Below, one piece after another: positions 36,579 through 47,207 of a stretch of 64,000 nucleotides of DNA. How positions within the stretch are numbered: position 1 is the stretch's first letter; the number at the start of each line of letters is the position of its first letter. This DNA is from a virus (taxonomy: Duplodnaviria > Heunggongvirae > Uroviricota > Caudoviricetes). The stretch lies in IMG/VR virus record IMGVR_UViG_3300037466_002980, positions 96,001-160,000 of that record; one strand, written 5' to 3'. The notes below the pieces were generated by a model. The model saw nothing but the letters and a program-made list of their open reading frames with translations. It ran no database searches and had not been told where the DNA came from. A program made the translations under genes and the position numbers.

Positions 36579-36652
36579 TGGAGCGGGATAGGGGAATCGA
36601 ACCCCTGTCTTGGACTTGGAAGGACCTCGTTCTACCATTAAACTAATCCCGC
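36579..36652 (-). tRNA. tRNA-Gly(TCC)
   Basis: GCGGGAT/ATCCCGC, loop CTTCCAA (weak stem), U73-CCA. Confidence 0.85.
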
Positions 36653-36776
36653 AATTTATCTAATATATTTCCCATAATGTTTTCCAATCTTCCCATAAAA
36701 TTGGACATTAGAGGAGATATTTCGTTCTGATTATTGATATTTCCCAACTGTAACTAATATCAATAGAACGCAATTC

Positions 36777-37052
36777 TTAACCAGCAAATCCTTTAATTCC
36801 TGTATTTTTAAAAGATTCGCTTCTTTCTTTAATTTTCTGTTCAGAAATAATTTTATTGGATTGATCGATTAAAAATTCTCCTAATTCTTTTAATTGTTTC
36901 GGAGTAATAAACATCTCATCGATGCCACGTCGACCTTCATCAACATAATTCCTTTCAAATTTCATATATACTAATTTAGAGTATTTATCACTCTCGTTTA
37001 CAGTGATCTCTGTATAGAAGCTTTCGTTTGCATCGATTCTAAATTTAGACAT
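36777..37052 (-). CDS. Hypothetical protein
   Basis: 91-aa ORF after tRNA-Thr. Confidence 0.6.
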   Translation of the reverse strand: MSKFRIDANESFYTEITVNESDKYSKLVYMKFERNYVDEGRRGIDEMFITPKQLKELGEFLIDQSNKIISEQKIKERSESFKNTGIKGFAG

Positions 37053-37068
37053 ATAAAACTTTCATATT

Positions 37069-37144
37069 TGGTGCCGGAGAAAGGATTCGAACCCTCGACC
37101 TTCTCATTACAAGTGAGTTGCTCTACCAACTGAGCTACACCGGC
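37069..37144 (-). tRNA. tRNA-Thr(TGT)
   Basis: Canonical cloverleaf, loop CTTGTAA, CCA. Confidence 0.93.
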
Positions 37145-37192
37145 GTAACAATATTTATTATACGATATTAAAAATAATAAATCAAATTGTTT

Positions 37193-38011
37193 TCAACTTG
37201 AACAGACGGTTGCTTTTTGTTTTCTAATACTCTTTGTCGGAGAAGGCCACATTGTTTTAGAGAATTGTACATTAAACAATAATGGAAAGTTAATTCCTGT
37301 ATCTGCCTCAACCTTCTCAAACGGAACAATAAAACTATTCAAATTTGCATTAGAAGCTTGATTTAGAAATTCAGTCACAATTGCTTCGTGTGTTGTCATA
37401 TCAAAAATAATCTTATAGAATGCATGAGGTACAGTCACACCATTACCTATTGTCTTATCGTTCTTATTATAAATTGGTCCAACATAGATAAGCAATGAAT
37501 GTTGACGATTTGATGCCCATGCTCTTGTTTGATCTTCAAGATCTTTCCAAATTCCACGATTAAATCCCGGAACTTGTGGAGCCATATTACTCAATAAGAA
37601 ACTTTCACGTTCTACGTCGACATCCCAACTCATATCTTCATCATTTGCCTGGTGTCCAATATCATATCCCGAATGCGAATAATCTTTAGGTGTGGAATAT
37701 GCAGGTAAACTTGTATCGGCACGAAATGCATTCGAACGTCTTACACATCCAACAGTATGTTCTGGTGTAAGAACATACGATACCCACACAGGAATTTTAG
37801 AATTATTATCATGTTCTAACATATATGCTTTTCTGCAAACTAATGTTGTGTTTGTTCTGTTTGATGTAGGTTTTCCAAAAGGAACCTGACCATTGCATTC
37901 TGTACTGAATAACGGTCCAGATAATGCAGCATTTGTTTCTTTCTGTGTCAATACAAGAAAAGTTATGACAGCAGAAACCATTAAAACCATATAAATTACA
38001 ATTCTTTTCAT
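37193..38011 (-). CDS. Exported DNA/RNA non-specific endonuclease (NucA-like)
   Basis: N-terminal TM/signal, PVWVSY, SGYDIGHQ, LSNMAPQ..FNRGIW..LE, VPHAFYK. Confidence 0.9.
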   Translation of the reverse strand: MKRIVIYMVLMVSAVITFLVLTQKETNAALSGPLFSTECNGQVPFGKPTSNRTNTTLVCRKAYMLEHDNNSKIPVWVSYVLTPEHTVGCVRRSNAFRADTSLPAYSTPKDYSHSGYDIGHQANDEDMSWDVDVERESFLLSNMAPQVPGFNRGIWKDLEDQTRAWASNRQHSLLIYVGPIYNKNDKTIGNGVTVPHAFYKIIFDMTTHEAIVTEFLNQASNANLNSFIVPFEKVEADTGINFPLLFNVQFSKTMWPSPTKSIRKQKATVCSS

Positions 38012-38069
38012 TATATTCCAATCTACTAAATTTTTAAATAAATATAGGAGTTCGTCTGAAAGGTCCTAT

Positions 38070-39140
38070 ATGAAAAATCCAAATATTCTTTTTATTCTTA
38101 AGCGTCGGGATGATTATAATCCAATTAAACATAGTCCAAAAGGACTAAGCACTGGATTATTTAATTCAGCAACCTTCATGTCTGATATGTTAACTAAGAA
38201 TGATGTCGAATCTCATTTAGAAGTTGCTATTGATAATAATTGTATTGATAGATTAGTAACATTACATAAACCAACGCATGTTATTATTGAAGCACTCTGG
38301 GTTGTTCCCACTAAGTTTGTAATTTTAACAAAATTACACCCAAATGTCAAATGGATAATTCGGTTACATTCCGAACTACCATTTCTTGCAGGCGAAGGCA
38401 TTGCAATGGATTGGATTGCAGAATATTCTTCATTTAAAAATATCTCTATAGGTGTAAATGCACCAAGAATGTTAAGTGAAACAAGAACCTATCTTCAATT
38501 AAGAAATAATTGGACACAAGAAGAAACAGAAAATAGAGTTTTTTACATGCCGAACTATTATCCGCAAGAATATAAATATAAAGAATACAACATAGATAAA
38601 GATTATATCAATATTGGATGTTTTGGTGCAATTCGACCACTCAAAAACCATATGGTTCAAGCATTGGCGGCAGTCAAGTTTGCAGAACATATCGGAAAGA
38701 AATTAAGATTTTGTATTAATGAAGGACGAATCGAAATGAACGGTAGTCCTGTTCAATCAAACCTACGTGATTTCTTTCAAGAATTATATCATAGAGGCCA
38801 TAAGTTGATTCATATCGAATGGACACCCAGACAGGAATTCCTAAAAATATGTGAATCAATGGATATTGGTTTACAGGTATCATTTAGTGAAACATTTAAT
38901 ATTGTAGGTGCTGATATTATTTCACAAGGAGTTCCCTTAGTTGGATCATTAGAGATACCGTGGTTTGATAAAACCTATGCAGCAGATGCAGTGAATAGTG
39001 ATGATATATACAAATCTTTATTGTTAACACATCATTGGCCACAGCACAATGTTGAAATTAATCAACAGAATTTAAAGAAATATACCGATAATACCGAACA
39101 AGTTTGGTTAAGATACTTTTTAGAGGATAAAACACAATGA
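38070..39140 (+). CDS. Glycosyltransferase (GT-B fold)
   Basis: IGCFGAIRPLKN, QVSFSETFNIVGAD..SQGVPLVGS. Confidence 0.8.
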   Translation: MKNPNILFILKRRDDYNPIKHSPKGLSTGLFNSATFMSDMLTKNDVESHLEVAIDNNCIDRLVTLHKPTHVIIEALWVVPTKFVILTKLHPNVKWIIRLHSELPFLAGEGIAMDWIAEYSSFKNISIGVNAPRMLSETRTYLQLRNNWTQEETENRVFYMPNYYPQEYKYKEYNIDKDYINIGCFGAIRPLKNHMVQALAAVKFAEHIGKKLRFCINEGRIEMNGSPVQSNLRDFFQELYHRGHKLIHIEWTPRQEFLKICESMDIGLQVSFSETFNIVGADIISQGVPLVGSLEIPWFDKTYAADAVNSDDIYKSLLLTHHWPQHNVEINQQNLKKYTDNTEQVWLRYFLEDKTQ

Positions 39141-39337
39141 GAATTAATAATTATTTACTTAGAATGTTTAGATATATTGAGGGAGAACTATTTAGCGAGG
39201 ATATAATTTTTGAAAGTATAGAATCTGCTATCAGACATGGAGAAAGACAAGATTGTCATAGTTTCAAAATTTACAATCACAACGGAAATATTTGCCACGA
39301 ATATAGAAAACACCACCACAAACCCACATATTCATAA
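39137..39337 (+). CDS. Hypothetical protein
   Basis: ATGA-coupled 66-aa ORF. Confidence 0.6.
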   Translation: MRINNYLLRMFRYIEGELFSEDIIFESIESAIRHGERQDCHSFKIYNHNGNICHEYRKHHHKPTYS

Positions 39338-39341
39338 TTTC

Positions 39342-42300
39342 TTATGTTATGTCGGGAAATATCATAAACAGTTTGGGTTTATTCCTTATCATAACTTTTC
39401 CACCTAGTACTGATATATACTTCTTCGATACATTTGTTACCTCAGGTAAAGAATATTCCGAAGAAGTATATTCCCGAACATCAGAGGAGATACCATCGAG
39501 TGCATCTGCTGTTTCATCTATTGATGCAGTATCCGAAGAATATCCACATGTATCTGTTGCTATTGCAATTTCAGTCTTTGATTCGGTATATGTAACAGTT
39601 TCAAATGTTGAATCTGTTGGCACACCTATTTCGTTTATAGTTACATGATAGTTTACACTTACAGAGGAGCTATCAACTGCATTAATTGTTTCATTGATAG
39701 AAACAGATATTCCCACTGAATTACTATCGGTTGCATTTGCTGTTTCGGTAATGGATACAGAAAATTGATCATTAACAGTTACAATATCAGTTGCTGCGAC
39801 AGCTTCAATTATTGATGCAGATATTTGATCACCAGCCGATACCGCATCAACTGCTGTTACTGTTTCGATTATTGAAGTTGATGTTAATGTAGTGGCAGAA
39901 CTATTATCAATTACAGAAACAATTTCAGTTACCGTATCCGACGTAATCCAAGTTCCTGTATCTGTTTCAGTTGCTATCGTTGATTCAGTTATAGAATCAG
40001 ATAAAACATTATTTGTATTTTCAGAATCTAAAGCATTGGCTGTTTCAGTAATAGAGGCATTAGCTATCCAGGCACTAGAATTTATATCTGTAGCCGTTAC
40101 CAACTCAGTGACAGAATCAGCAGTTACCCAATTTCCAATATTGTTATCTGTTGCACTTGTGGTTTCTGTAATTTCAAGGAAAATACCTAAGATATTATCA
40201 TCTGTAGCATTTGCAGTTTCTGTTATAGATACATTTGTTATCCAATTACCTGTATCGGTTTCAGTTGCTGCACCAGTTTCTGTTATTGATGCTAAAGCAA
40301 TCCAAGTTGCGGAATCAATTTCAGTTGCAGTACCGGATTCAGATATACTTGAACTTGTTATCCAATTGCCTGTGTCGGTTTCGGTAGCAATGCTTGATTC
40401 AGTTATGCTTGAACTTGTTATCCAATTACCTATATCAGTTTCGGTTGCTGCACCAGTTTCTGTTATTGATGCTAAAGCAATCCAAGTTGCTGTATCTGTT
40501 TCAGTGGCAGTACCTGTTTCAGTTACTGATACTGATATTAAATCACCAGCCGATGTAGTATCGGTGGCCGAGACTGATTCAGTTATAGAAACTGAGGTTA
40601 TATTACCTGCTGATACCGTATCAGTTGCCGATGCAGATTCAGTTATGGTTGCTGATTCGATATCACCCGCAGATACCGTATCAGTCACTGATGCGACTTC
40701 TGTCAAGGTAACATTTGTTACCCAATTACCTACATCGGTTTCTGTAGCAGCACCTGTTTCTGTTATTGATGTTACTGCAATCCAAGTTGCAGAACCAGTT
40801 TCAGTTGCAGAACCTGTTTCTGTAATAGAAACAGATATTTGATCTCCTGCTGATACTATATCAGTTGCTGATGCAGATTCAGCTATAGAAACAGATATTT
40901 GATCTCCTGCTGATACTGTATCAGTTGCTGATACAGATTCTGCAATAGAACTTGAAGTGATATTACCTGCAGATATACTTTCAATTGCTGTGGTCGCTTC
41001 CGTAATAGAAGTCGTTGTTACATTACCAGCCGATGCTGTATCGGTTGTAGAAGCGATTTCTATAACTGAACCGCCTGCCGTCCATATAGATGATTCACTA
41101 TCAATAGCAGAGCCTGTTTCTGTAATAGAAACAGATATTTGATCTCCTGCTGATACTGTATCAGTTGCACTTGCACTTTCGGTTATGCTCGAACTTGTTA
41201 TCCAATTGCCTGTATCGGTTTCTGTAGCTGTTCCACTTTCTGTTATTGATGCTAAAGCAATCCAGGTTGCTGTATCAGTTTCGGAGGCAGTTGTAGCTTC
41301 TGTAATTGAAGCGGTGGTTAAATCACCAGCTATCACATTATCAGTTGCTGTGGTTGCTTCGGTTATAGTGGAACTGGTTATCCAATTTCCCGTATCAGTT
41401 TCGGTTGCTGTGGTTGTTTCTGTAACAGAGGCACCAACTGTCCATATAACAGAGAAGGTTTCAGTAGCGGTACCTGTTTCTGTTACCGATCCGGCTGTAA
41501 TTCGACTACCTGTATCAGTTTCAGTTGCTGATGCTGATTCAGTTATGTTCGAATTTGTTATCCAATTACCTGTATCGGTTTCGGTTGCATTAGCAGTTTC
41601 GGTTATGCTCGAACTTGTTATCCAATTGCCTGTATCTGTTTCAGTTGCTGATGCTGATTCTATCAAGGTAGCACTTGTTATCCAATTGCCTGTATCAGTT
41701 TCTGTGGCAGCACCTGTTTCTGTTATAGTTGCAGATGTAACATTGCCAGCCGATACGGTATCAATGGCAACACTCGTCTCTGTAATAGGAGCACCAATTG
41801 TCCATACAACAGAGAAGGAATCAGCTGCACTTGCTGTTTCGGTTATAATTGCTGATTCGATATCACCCGCAGATACTGTATCAGTTGCACTTGCACTTTC
41901 GGTTATGCTCGAACTTGTTATCCAATTGCCTGTATCGGTTTCTGTAGCTGTTCCACTTTCTGTTATTGAAGCTAATGCTGTCCATAATACCGATTCGCTA
42001 TCAGTGGCAGCACCTGTTTCAGTTACCGAACCAGCTGTAATTCGACTACCCGTATCTGTTTCAGTTGCTGATGCTGATTCTGTCAAGGTAGCACTTGTTA
42101 TCCAATTACCTGTATCTGTTTCTGTAGCAGTACCTGTTTCTGTTATAGTTGCCGATGTTGTCCATTTTACAGTATCAGTTTCAGTAGCTGTTCCACTTTC
42201 TGTTATTGATGCTAAAGCAATCCAAGTTGCTGTATCTGTTTCAGTGGCAGTACCTGTTTCAGTTACTGATCCAGCTGTAACTCGACTGCCTGTATCAGTT

Positions 42301-45300
42301 TCGGTTGCTGTACCTGCTTCAGTTATACTTGAATTTGTTATCCAATTCCCTGTGTTAGTTTCGGTTGCGGTACCAGATTCAGTTATGGAGGTTAATGCTG
42401 TCCATAATGCCGATTCGCTATCGGTAGCAGTACCTGTTTCAGTTACTGATCCAGCTGTAACTCGACTGCCTGTATCAGTTTCGGTTGCTGTACCTGCTTC
42501 AGTTATACTTGAATTTGTTATCCAATTCCCTGTGTTAGTTTCAGTGGCAGTACCTGTTTCAGTTACTGATGCTAAAGCAATCCAAGTGGCTGTATCTGTT
42601 TCAGTAGCAGTACCCGCTTCAGTTATGCTTGAACTTGTTATCCAATTACCTGTATCAGTTTCTGTAGCAGCACCTGTTTCTGTGATAGATGTTAATGCAA
42701 TCCAAGTTGCTGTATCGGTTTCAGTTGCAGTACCCGATTCAGTTATTGAGACTAATGCTGTCCATAATGCCGATTCGCTATCGGTGGCAGTACCTGTTTC
42801 AGTTACTGAATCCGATGCTGTCCAGGTTACCGTATCGCTATCAGTAGCAGTACCTGTTTCTGTAATAGAACTTGATGTTACATTACCAGCCGATATTGTA
42901 TCGGCCGCAGAAGCAGTTTCTGTAACTGAACCACTTTGAGCTCCTCCAGAAAAACTCCATCCTGTATTACCACTTGTATTTACGTTTCCCGACGCCAACG
43001 GTGCTGACCAAGTAGCTCCGCCGGTTGCATTGCTATCAGCGATATCAAGATATGAAACCGTATTGGTTCCCGATGCATCAGATAATGTCGCCTGTGTACC
43101 AGAAGAACTTGATCTAAGTGTGACCAGGTTTCCTACTGTTCCACTTACCGTAAATCCAGAAACGGTCGTGGTTGTAGAAGCTGGAAAAATAAATCCAGTT
43201 GGACTAACTGTGTTGGTAATATTACTAAAGGTATTCGCACCAGTAACAGTTAATGTTCCTGCTCCATCGTTAGATAATACCGGATAAGAACCTCCACCAC
43301 CTGCAAATGTTTTTGCCGAAGCACTGGTCATAGAAATTGTACCAGTGCTTCCCACTGTTAAATTGGTAGATGTAGAGGCGTCAAATACCGTACCGCTAGC
43401 GGTAACTTGCAGAACTCCGGTTGTGCCTAAAGTCAGTGCTCTAACATTACTATTACTTGTGCTGAAAATACCGCAGGAAAAGGTTTTATTATTTAAATCT
43501 ATCGTACCATTAGTTAATGTCACTGTCTTGGTAGTATCATTAGTGACATTATCTTGTAACTGCCAGGTTCCGCCTACACCATTAAATGTTATAGTCGTAT
43601 TAAGGGTAGAACCTTGTCCACTTAGGGAATGGGTGCCTGATGTTGCTGATAGGACAAATGCCCCCGAACTACACGTCATTCCTGATCCAAAAACCAAATC
43701 ACCATAGATATTTCGTGTACTTGGGTTTGTCACTGAACCAGTAAATCCAGTGAAATCTACTGTCTTGAAATTGCCTGACAGAGAAACAATGTCACTTCCT
43801 GCAGTGAAATAAAGGCTGTATGATGTTGTTTCTGTCGAAGTGGTAGCCAAACTAATTGTGCGCGTTCCAGTGGAACCAGAATAGTTCAATTCGATTCGGG
43901 GTGTTCCGGTTTGGGACGCTGAAGTCATTGAACCAGTGAGGACTGTAGCAGCGTTACCAGTAATAACAATCTTTCCTGTGGTGCCAAACGCCATTATATG
44001 CGTTCCAGAAACAGCCATTAATCCACATGACAGTGTCAAATTATTCAAATTAACTGTACCGTTTGAATGGGTAAATGTTCGGGTCGAACCCATTGTTAGG
44101 TTATCAGCCAACTGCATTGTCATCACCGAACCACCGCCATTTCCACCAGCAGCCATAGTAAGTGGAAAATCTATTAATACACCATTGGTTGTTATCACCT
44201 GTGTAGCAGTTGTTCCTTGAAATGTAGTAGTGTTCGTACCGGCAGTGTAGGTTGCTGTGGCTGACAGTGTAAGATTTCTATAAACGTTTCTAGCCACATT
44301 GGTTACAGTACCCGAAAACCCTGTGAAATCTAAATCATAAAAATGACTTGTTCCACTTGTTGTTACGGTATCAGTTCCTGCCGATATCAACACAGAAATA
44401 GATGATAATTCACTACCACCAGCCGTACCACCAATATTAAAGGTACGTGTACCTGTGGCACCAGAATAATTAGATTCGATAAGTCGTGAACCTGATACAG
44501 ATAGGTTACTTGTTGTACTCATATTAATTACTGTAGTGGCACTACCGGTTACTACAATCCTACCTGTAGTGTTAAATGCTAGAGTACGTGTGTTAGTGGT
44601 GCTACTTGAGAAAACCGAAGCAGTTAAGACTAAATTATTCAAATCAAGTGTACCTGCCGTTAAGGTTGCCGTACGTGTAGAACCTAATGTCATATTGTCG
44701 AGAAGCTGAACAATACCACCGGCACCGGTAACGTTGAACGTAACTGGAAAATCTAATGTCTTACCGTTGGTGGTAACAGTTTGTGCACCTGAAGCTGCGC
44801 CACCAAAGCTCACTGACGCTGTTCCAGAACCAAGTGTTAAACCTGTTGGAAAAGTGAAGTTCTCCCACAGGGTAAACGAGTTAGTATTGGATAAAGTTCC
44901 TGTGCAAGGTGACAAATCAATATTCTTGAAAGCACCAGCCAGCACAAGTGTATCTGAACAAGCCGATAGGTTAACATCAAGCGCATTGGCCTGCGTCAAT
45001 CCCGTACCGGTACTGCCGTGTGCAAAGGTGCGTGTACCCACAGAACCTGTGTAATTAGCCGAAACATTCATCGTTCCCGTGTAGGACCAGTTGGTCAGTC
45101 CCGCAAATGACCAGACAGTAGCGCCGTTTCCTTGCAGAACGATCGCCCCTACGGTACCAAATGCAATTACGCGCGTGACACTAACCGGTTGAGTGTTACC
45201 AAAACCACCTGCACCATCGGAAAAAGTGGTGGTGGTCAAGGTGTGACCATTTAAATCTAGTGTTCCTTGATACAGCGCACAAATTCCAGCTGTTGTGTTA

Positions 45301-47090
45301 GTGAACAGCATGTTGTCTTGCAATACAAATGTACCATTGGCCAGGCTATTAAAGAATAATGGAAAAGGAATTGTCTTGCCGTTGGTGGTGATATTTGTTG
45401 TTGTACCTATCGGGTCATGAAAACCTACCGGAAGTGAACCTGCCGTTAATGTAGCACCAGGTGCAAAAGCAAAATTGCCATTAATACGCAATGTCGTATT
45501 CAATAATGTTCCGGTAAAGGATGCCCATGTCATGTTAACAACATAGCCATTAATGGACAATGTATCACTGCCTCCATCGATTACCAACTGAATCGCTGTA
45601 GCGTCTACATTCGTAGCATTTTGTCCTGTATTGGAACTATTAAATGTGCGTGTACCAGTTGATCCGGTGTAAGTTGACTCTACTGTCGGTGTACCAGAAA
45701 TAGTAATAGTTGAACCATCAGGACAATCCCATATTGTTGCTGCATTACCAGATAGCGAGATCTTACCAGTCGTACCAAAAGTGATGCCGCGAGTATTAGA
45801 ATTATTGGATGAAAAACTAAAACACGTAAGGGTGAAATTGTTTAAGTCCAATGTACCGTTGGTTAATGTGAAAATACCTTGTGTTGCTGAGGAGGTGAGT
45901 GTTACATTACTTAGAAGTTGTGTCGTGCCTCCTACACCTGTATCGGTAATCGGAAACGTGAGTGTCTTGTTCGAACTAAGTGTCTGGGTACCGGACGTTG
46001 CTGCCATAGTTAAAGCAGTGGTGGTTGAAGGCAACGTCATAGCCGATGAACCACCACTGATTTCAAAGTTACCATAGATACTCAAAGGAAAACCAGTAGT
46101 GGAACCTGTAAAGCCCTGGAAACGCAAATCATAAATGAACGAACCTGTGGTAATCGTGAACGCATAAGTTCCAGCTAAAAGACTGAAACTCATAGAATTT
46201 GCTTCACTGCCACCGGTAGTGCCATGTGTCACAGTAATTCCAACGCTACCCGAAGAAGTTAACTGCACTGTTGGTGTTCCAGTACGTGTAAATCCTGTTG
46301 CCACGGCCGCCGACCATACCGTACCAGTACCCGACAAGGAAATCTTACCCGTGCCAAAATTGATGCTGCGTGTGGTGCTATTGCTGCTGGAAAAAACCGA
46401 GCCGGTGAGCGTGAAGGTAGACAACGCAATTGTACCGGCTGACAGCGTTATTGTACCGGTCGACTTCAAGTCACTAAGTAACGTGAAAGTTCCTGCTGTG
46501 CCGTTGAAGGTGATCGGCGAAGCAAGAGAGACTCCTTGAGCATCAATAGTAGCCGAACCTGTGGAACTGAAGGTCAATGCCACAGTGTTAGACCACGTAA
46601 AACCCGTTGCTGGAATGGCGAAGTTACCCGACACGGTGAGTGAGTTCGATCCCGCAAAAGTCATAGCCTGCGATAATCCACTGGCAGTGAAATTAATAAT
46701 TGTACGGGTGGTACCTAACGTTACTGTGAATGCTGTGGTACCGATACCTGAATTTGCATCAAAAATAACGTTATCAGTGGTTGTTGGAACAGAAGCAGCA
46801 CCTGTCCATGCAGAACAGGTAGTAGAGGACTGTGTAACGTTGGAACTCATGTTGTACGTACCGGTACCACCTGTACCCGTACCAAAAGAGCTAATGGTAC
46901 CTAAGTTGCTACCACCAGAAGTCATAACTGTCATGCCGACAGCCAGTGTGCCCGAGGCCACCGCAGTGACAGTTAGCACTCTGCTAGATGCTGAACCTGT
47001 TAACTGAACCGCTGTGGCTGCGGCCGACCAGTTAACAGTGTTGGTGCTGGAAAAGCTTCCGGTTCCTCCGCGCCAATATCTATCTGCCAT
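39342..47090 (-). CDS. Giant fibre/adhesin-like virion protein (2582 aa)
   Basis: ADRYWRGGTG..NWS start, repeated TLTxGTLDLN/YxGSTGTRT beta-helix-like modules, C-terminal 20-aa repeat stalk. Confidence 0.8.
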   Translation of the reverse strand: MADRYWRGGTGSFSSTNTVNWSAAATAVQLTGSASSRVLTVTAVASGTLAVGMTVMTSGGSNLGTISSFGTGTGGTGTYNMSSNVTQSSTTCSAWTGAASVPTTTDNVIFDANSGIGTTAFTVTLGTTRTIINFTASGLSQAMTFAGSNSLTVSGNFAIPATGFTWSNTVALTFSSTGSATIDAQGVSLASPITFNGTAGTFTLLSDLKSTGTITLSAGTIALSTFTLTGSVFSSSNSTTRSINFGTGKISLSGTGTVWSAAVATGFTRTGTPTVQLTSSGSVGITVTHGTTGGSEANSMSFSLLAGTYAFTITTGSFIYDLRFQGFTGSTTGFPLSIYGNFEISGGSSAMTLPSTTTALTMAATSGTQTLSSNKTLTFPITDTGVGGTTQLLSNVTLTSSATQGIFTLTNGTLDLNNFTLTCFSFSSNNSNTRGITFGTTGKISLSGNAATIWDCPDGSTITISGTPTVESTYTGSTGTRTFNSSNTGQNATNVDATAIQLVIDGGSDTLSINGYVVNMTWASFTGTLLNTTLRINGNFAFAPGATLTAGSLPVGFHDPIGTTTNITTNGKTIPFPLFFNSLANGTFVLQDNMLFTNTTAGICALYQGTLDLNGHTLTTTTFSDGAGGFGNTQPVSVTRVIAFGTVGAIVLQGNGATVWSFAGLTNWSYTGTMNVSANYTGSVGTRTFAHGSTGTGLTQANALDVNLSACSDTLVLAGAFKNIDLSPCTGTLSNTNSFTLWENFTFPTGLTLGSGTASVSFGGAASGAQTVTTNGKTLDFPVTFNVTGAGGIVQLLDNMTLGSTRTATLTAGTLDLNNLVLTASVFSSSTTNTRTLAFNTTGRIVVTGSATTVINMSTTSNLSVSGSRLIESNYSGATGTRTFNIGGTAGGSELSSISVLISAGTDTVTTSGTSHFYDLDFTGFSGTVTNVARNVYRNLTLSATATYTAGTNTTTFQGTTATQVITTNGVLIDFPLTMAAGGNGGGSVMTMQLADNLTMGSTRTFTHSNGTVNLNNLTLSCGLMAVSGTHIMAFGTTGKIVITGNAATVLTGSMTSASQTGTPRIELNYSGSTGTRTISLATTSTETTSYSLYFTAGSDIVSLSGNFKTVDFTGFTGSVTNPSTRNIYGDLVFGSGMTCSSGAFVLSATSGTHSLSGQGSTLNTTITFNGVGGTWQLQDNVTNDTTKTVTLTNGTIDLNNKTFSCGIFSTSNSNVRALTLGTTGVLQVTASGTVFDASTSTNLTVGSTGTISMTSASAKTFAGGGGSYPVLSNDGAGTLTVTGANTFSNITNTVSPTGFIFPASTTTTVSGFTVSGTVGNLVTLRSSSSGTQATLSDASGTNTVSYLDIADSNATGGATWSAPLASGNVNTSGNTGWSFSGGAQSGSVTETASAADTISAGNVTSSSITETGTATDSDTVTWTASDSVTETGTATDSESALWTALVSITESGTATETDTATWIALTSITETGAATETDTGNWITSSSITEAGTATETDTATWIALASVTETGTATETNTGNWITNSSITEAGTATETDTGSRVTAGSVTETGTATDSESALWTALTSITESGTATETNTGNWITNSSITEAGTATETDTGSRVTAGSVTETGTATETDTATWIALASITESGTATETDTVKWTTSATITETGTATETDTGNWITSATLTESASATETDTGSRITAGSVTETGAATDSESVLWTALASITESGTATETDTGNWITSSSITESASATDTVSAGDIESAIITETASAADSFSVVWTIGAPITETSVAIDTVSAGNVTSATITETGAATETDTGNWITSATLIESASATETDTGNWITSSSITETANATETDTGNWITNSNITESASATETDTGSRITAGSVTETGTATETFSVIWTVGASVTETTTATETDTGNWITSSTITEATTATDNVIAGDLTTASITEATTASETDTATWIALASITESGTATETDTGNWITSSSITESASATDTVSAGDQISVSITETGSAIDSESSIWTAGGSVIEIASTTDTASAGNVTTTSITEATTAIESISAGNITSSSIAESVSATDTVSAGDQISVSIAESASATDIVSAGDQISVSITETGSATETGSATWIAVTSITETGAATETDVGNWVTNVTLTEVASVTDTVSAGDIESATITESASATDTVSAGNITSVSITESVSATDTTSAGDLISVSVTETGTATETDTATWIALASITETGAATETDIGNWITSSSITESSIATETDTGNWITSSSISESGTATEIDSATWIALASITETGAATETDTGNWITNVSITETANATDDNILGIFLEITETTSATDNNIGNWVTADSVTELVTATDINSSAWIANASITETANALDSENTNNVLSDSITESTIATETDTGTWITSDTVTEIVSVIDNSSATTLTSTSIIETVTAVDAVSAGDQISASIIEAVAATDIVTVNDQFSVSITETANATDSNSVGISVSINETINAVDSSSVSVNYHVTINEIGVPTDSTFETVTYTESKTEIAIATDTCGYSSDTASIDETADALDGISSDVREYTSSEYSLPEVTNVSKKYISVLGGKVMIRNKPKLFMIFPDIT
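39480..42940 (-). repeat. Coding tandem repeat, 60 bp / 20 aa period (roughly 55 units)
   Basis: Consensus SITETGTATETDTGNWITSS; near-identical DNA blocks e.g. 42241-42360 vs 42421-42540. Confidence 0.92.
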
Positions 47091-47207
47091 AATTTACACC
47101 TTAATTGGTTTCTTATAGACAGAGATCTATCTATAATCTGGCACAGAAGAAATATAATCTCAATCTAAAAAGTTTACCAGCCCCAACTCAATATGCTATT
47201 ATCTAAA

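Noticed and set aside
39480-42940. 60-bp periodic repeats as a CRISPR array
   Set aside because: In-frame coding repeats with synonymous variation and no repeat-spacer alternation; no cas genes
39349-47007. Long plus-strand ORFs (up to 584 aa) opposite the giant fibre gene
   Set aside because: Antisense shadows caused by Thr/Ser/Ala/Glu codon bias; no SD or independent motifs
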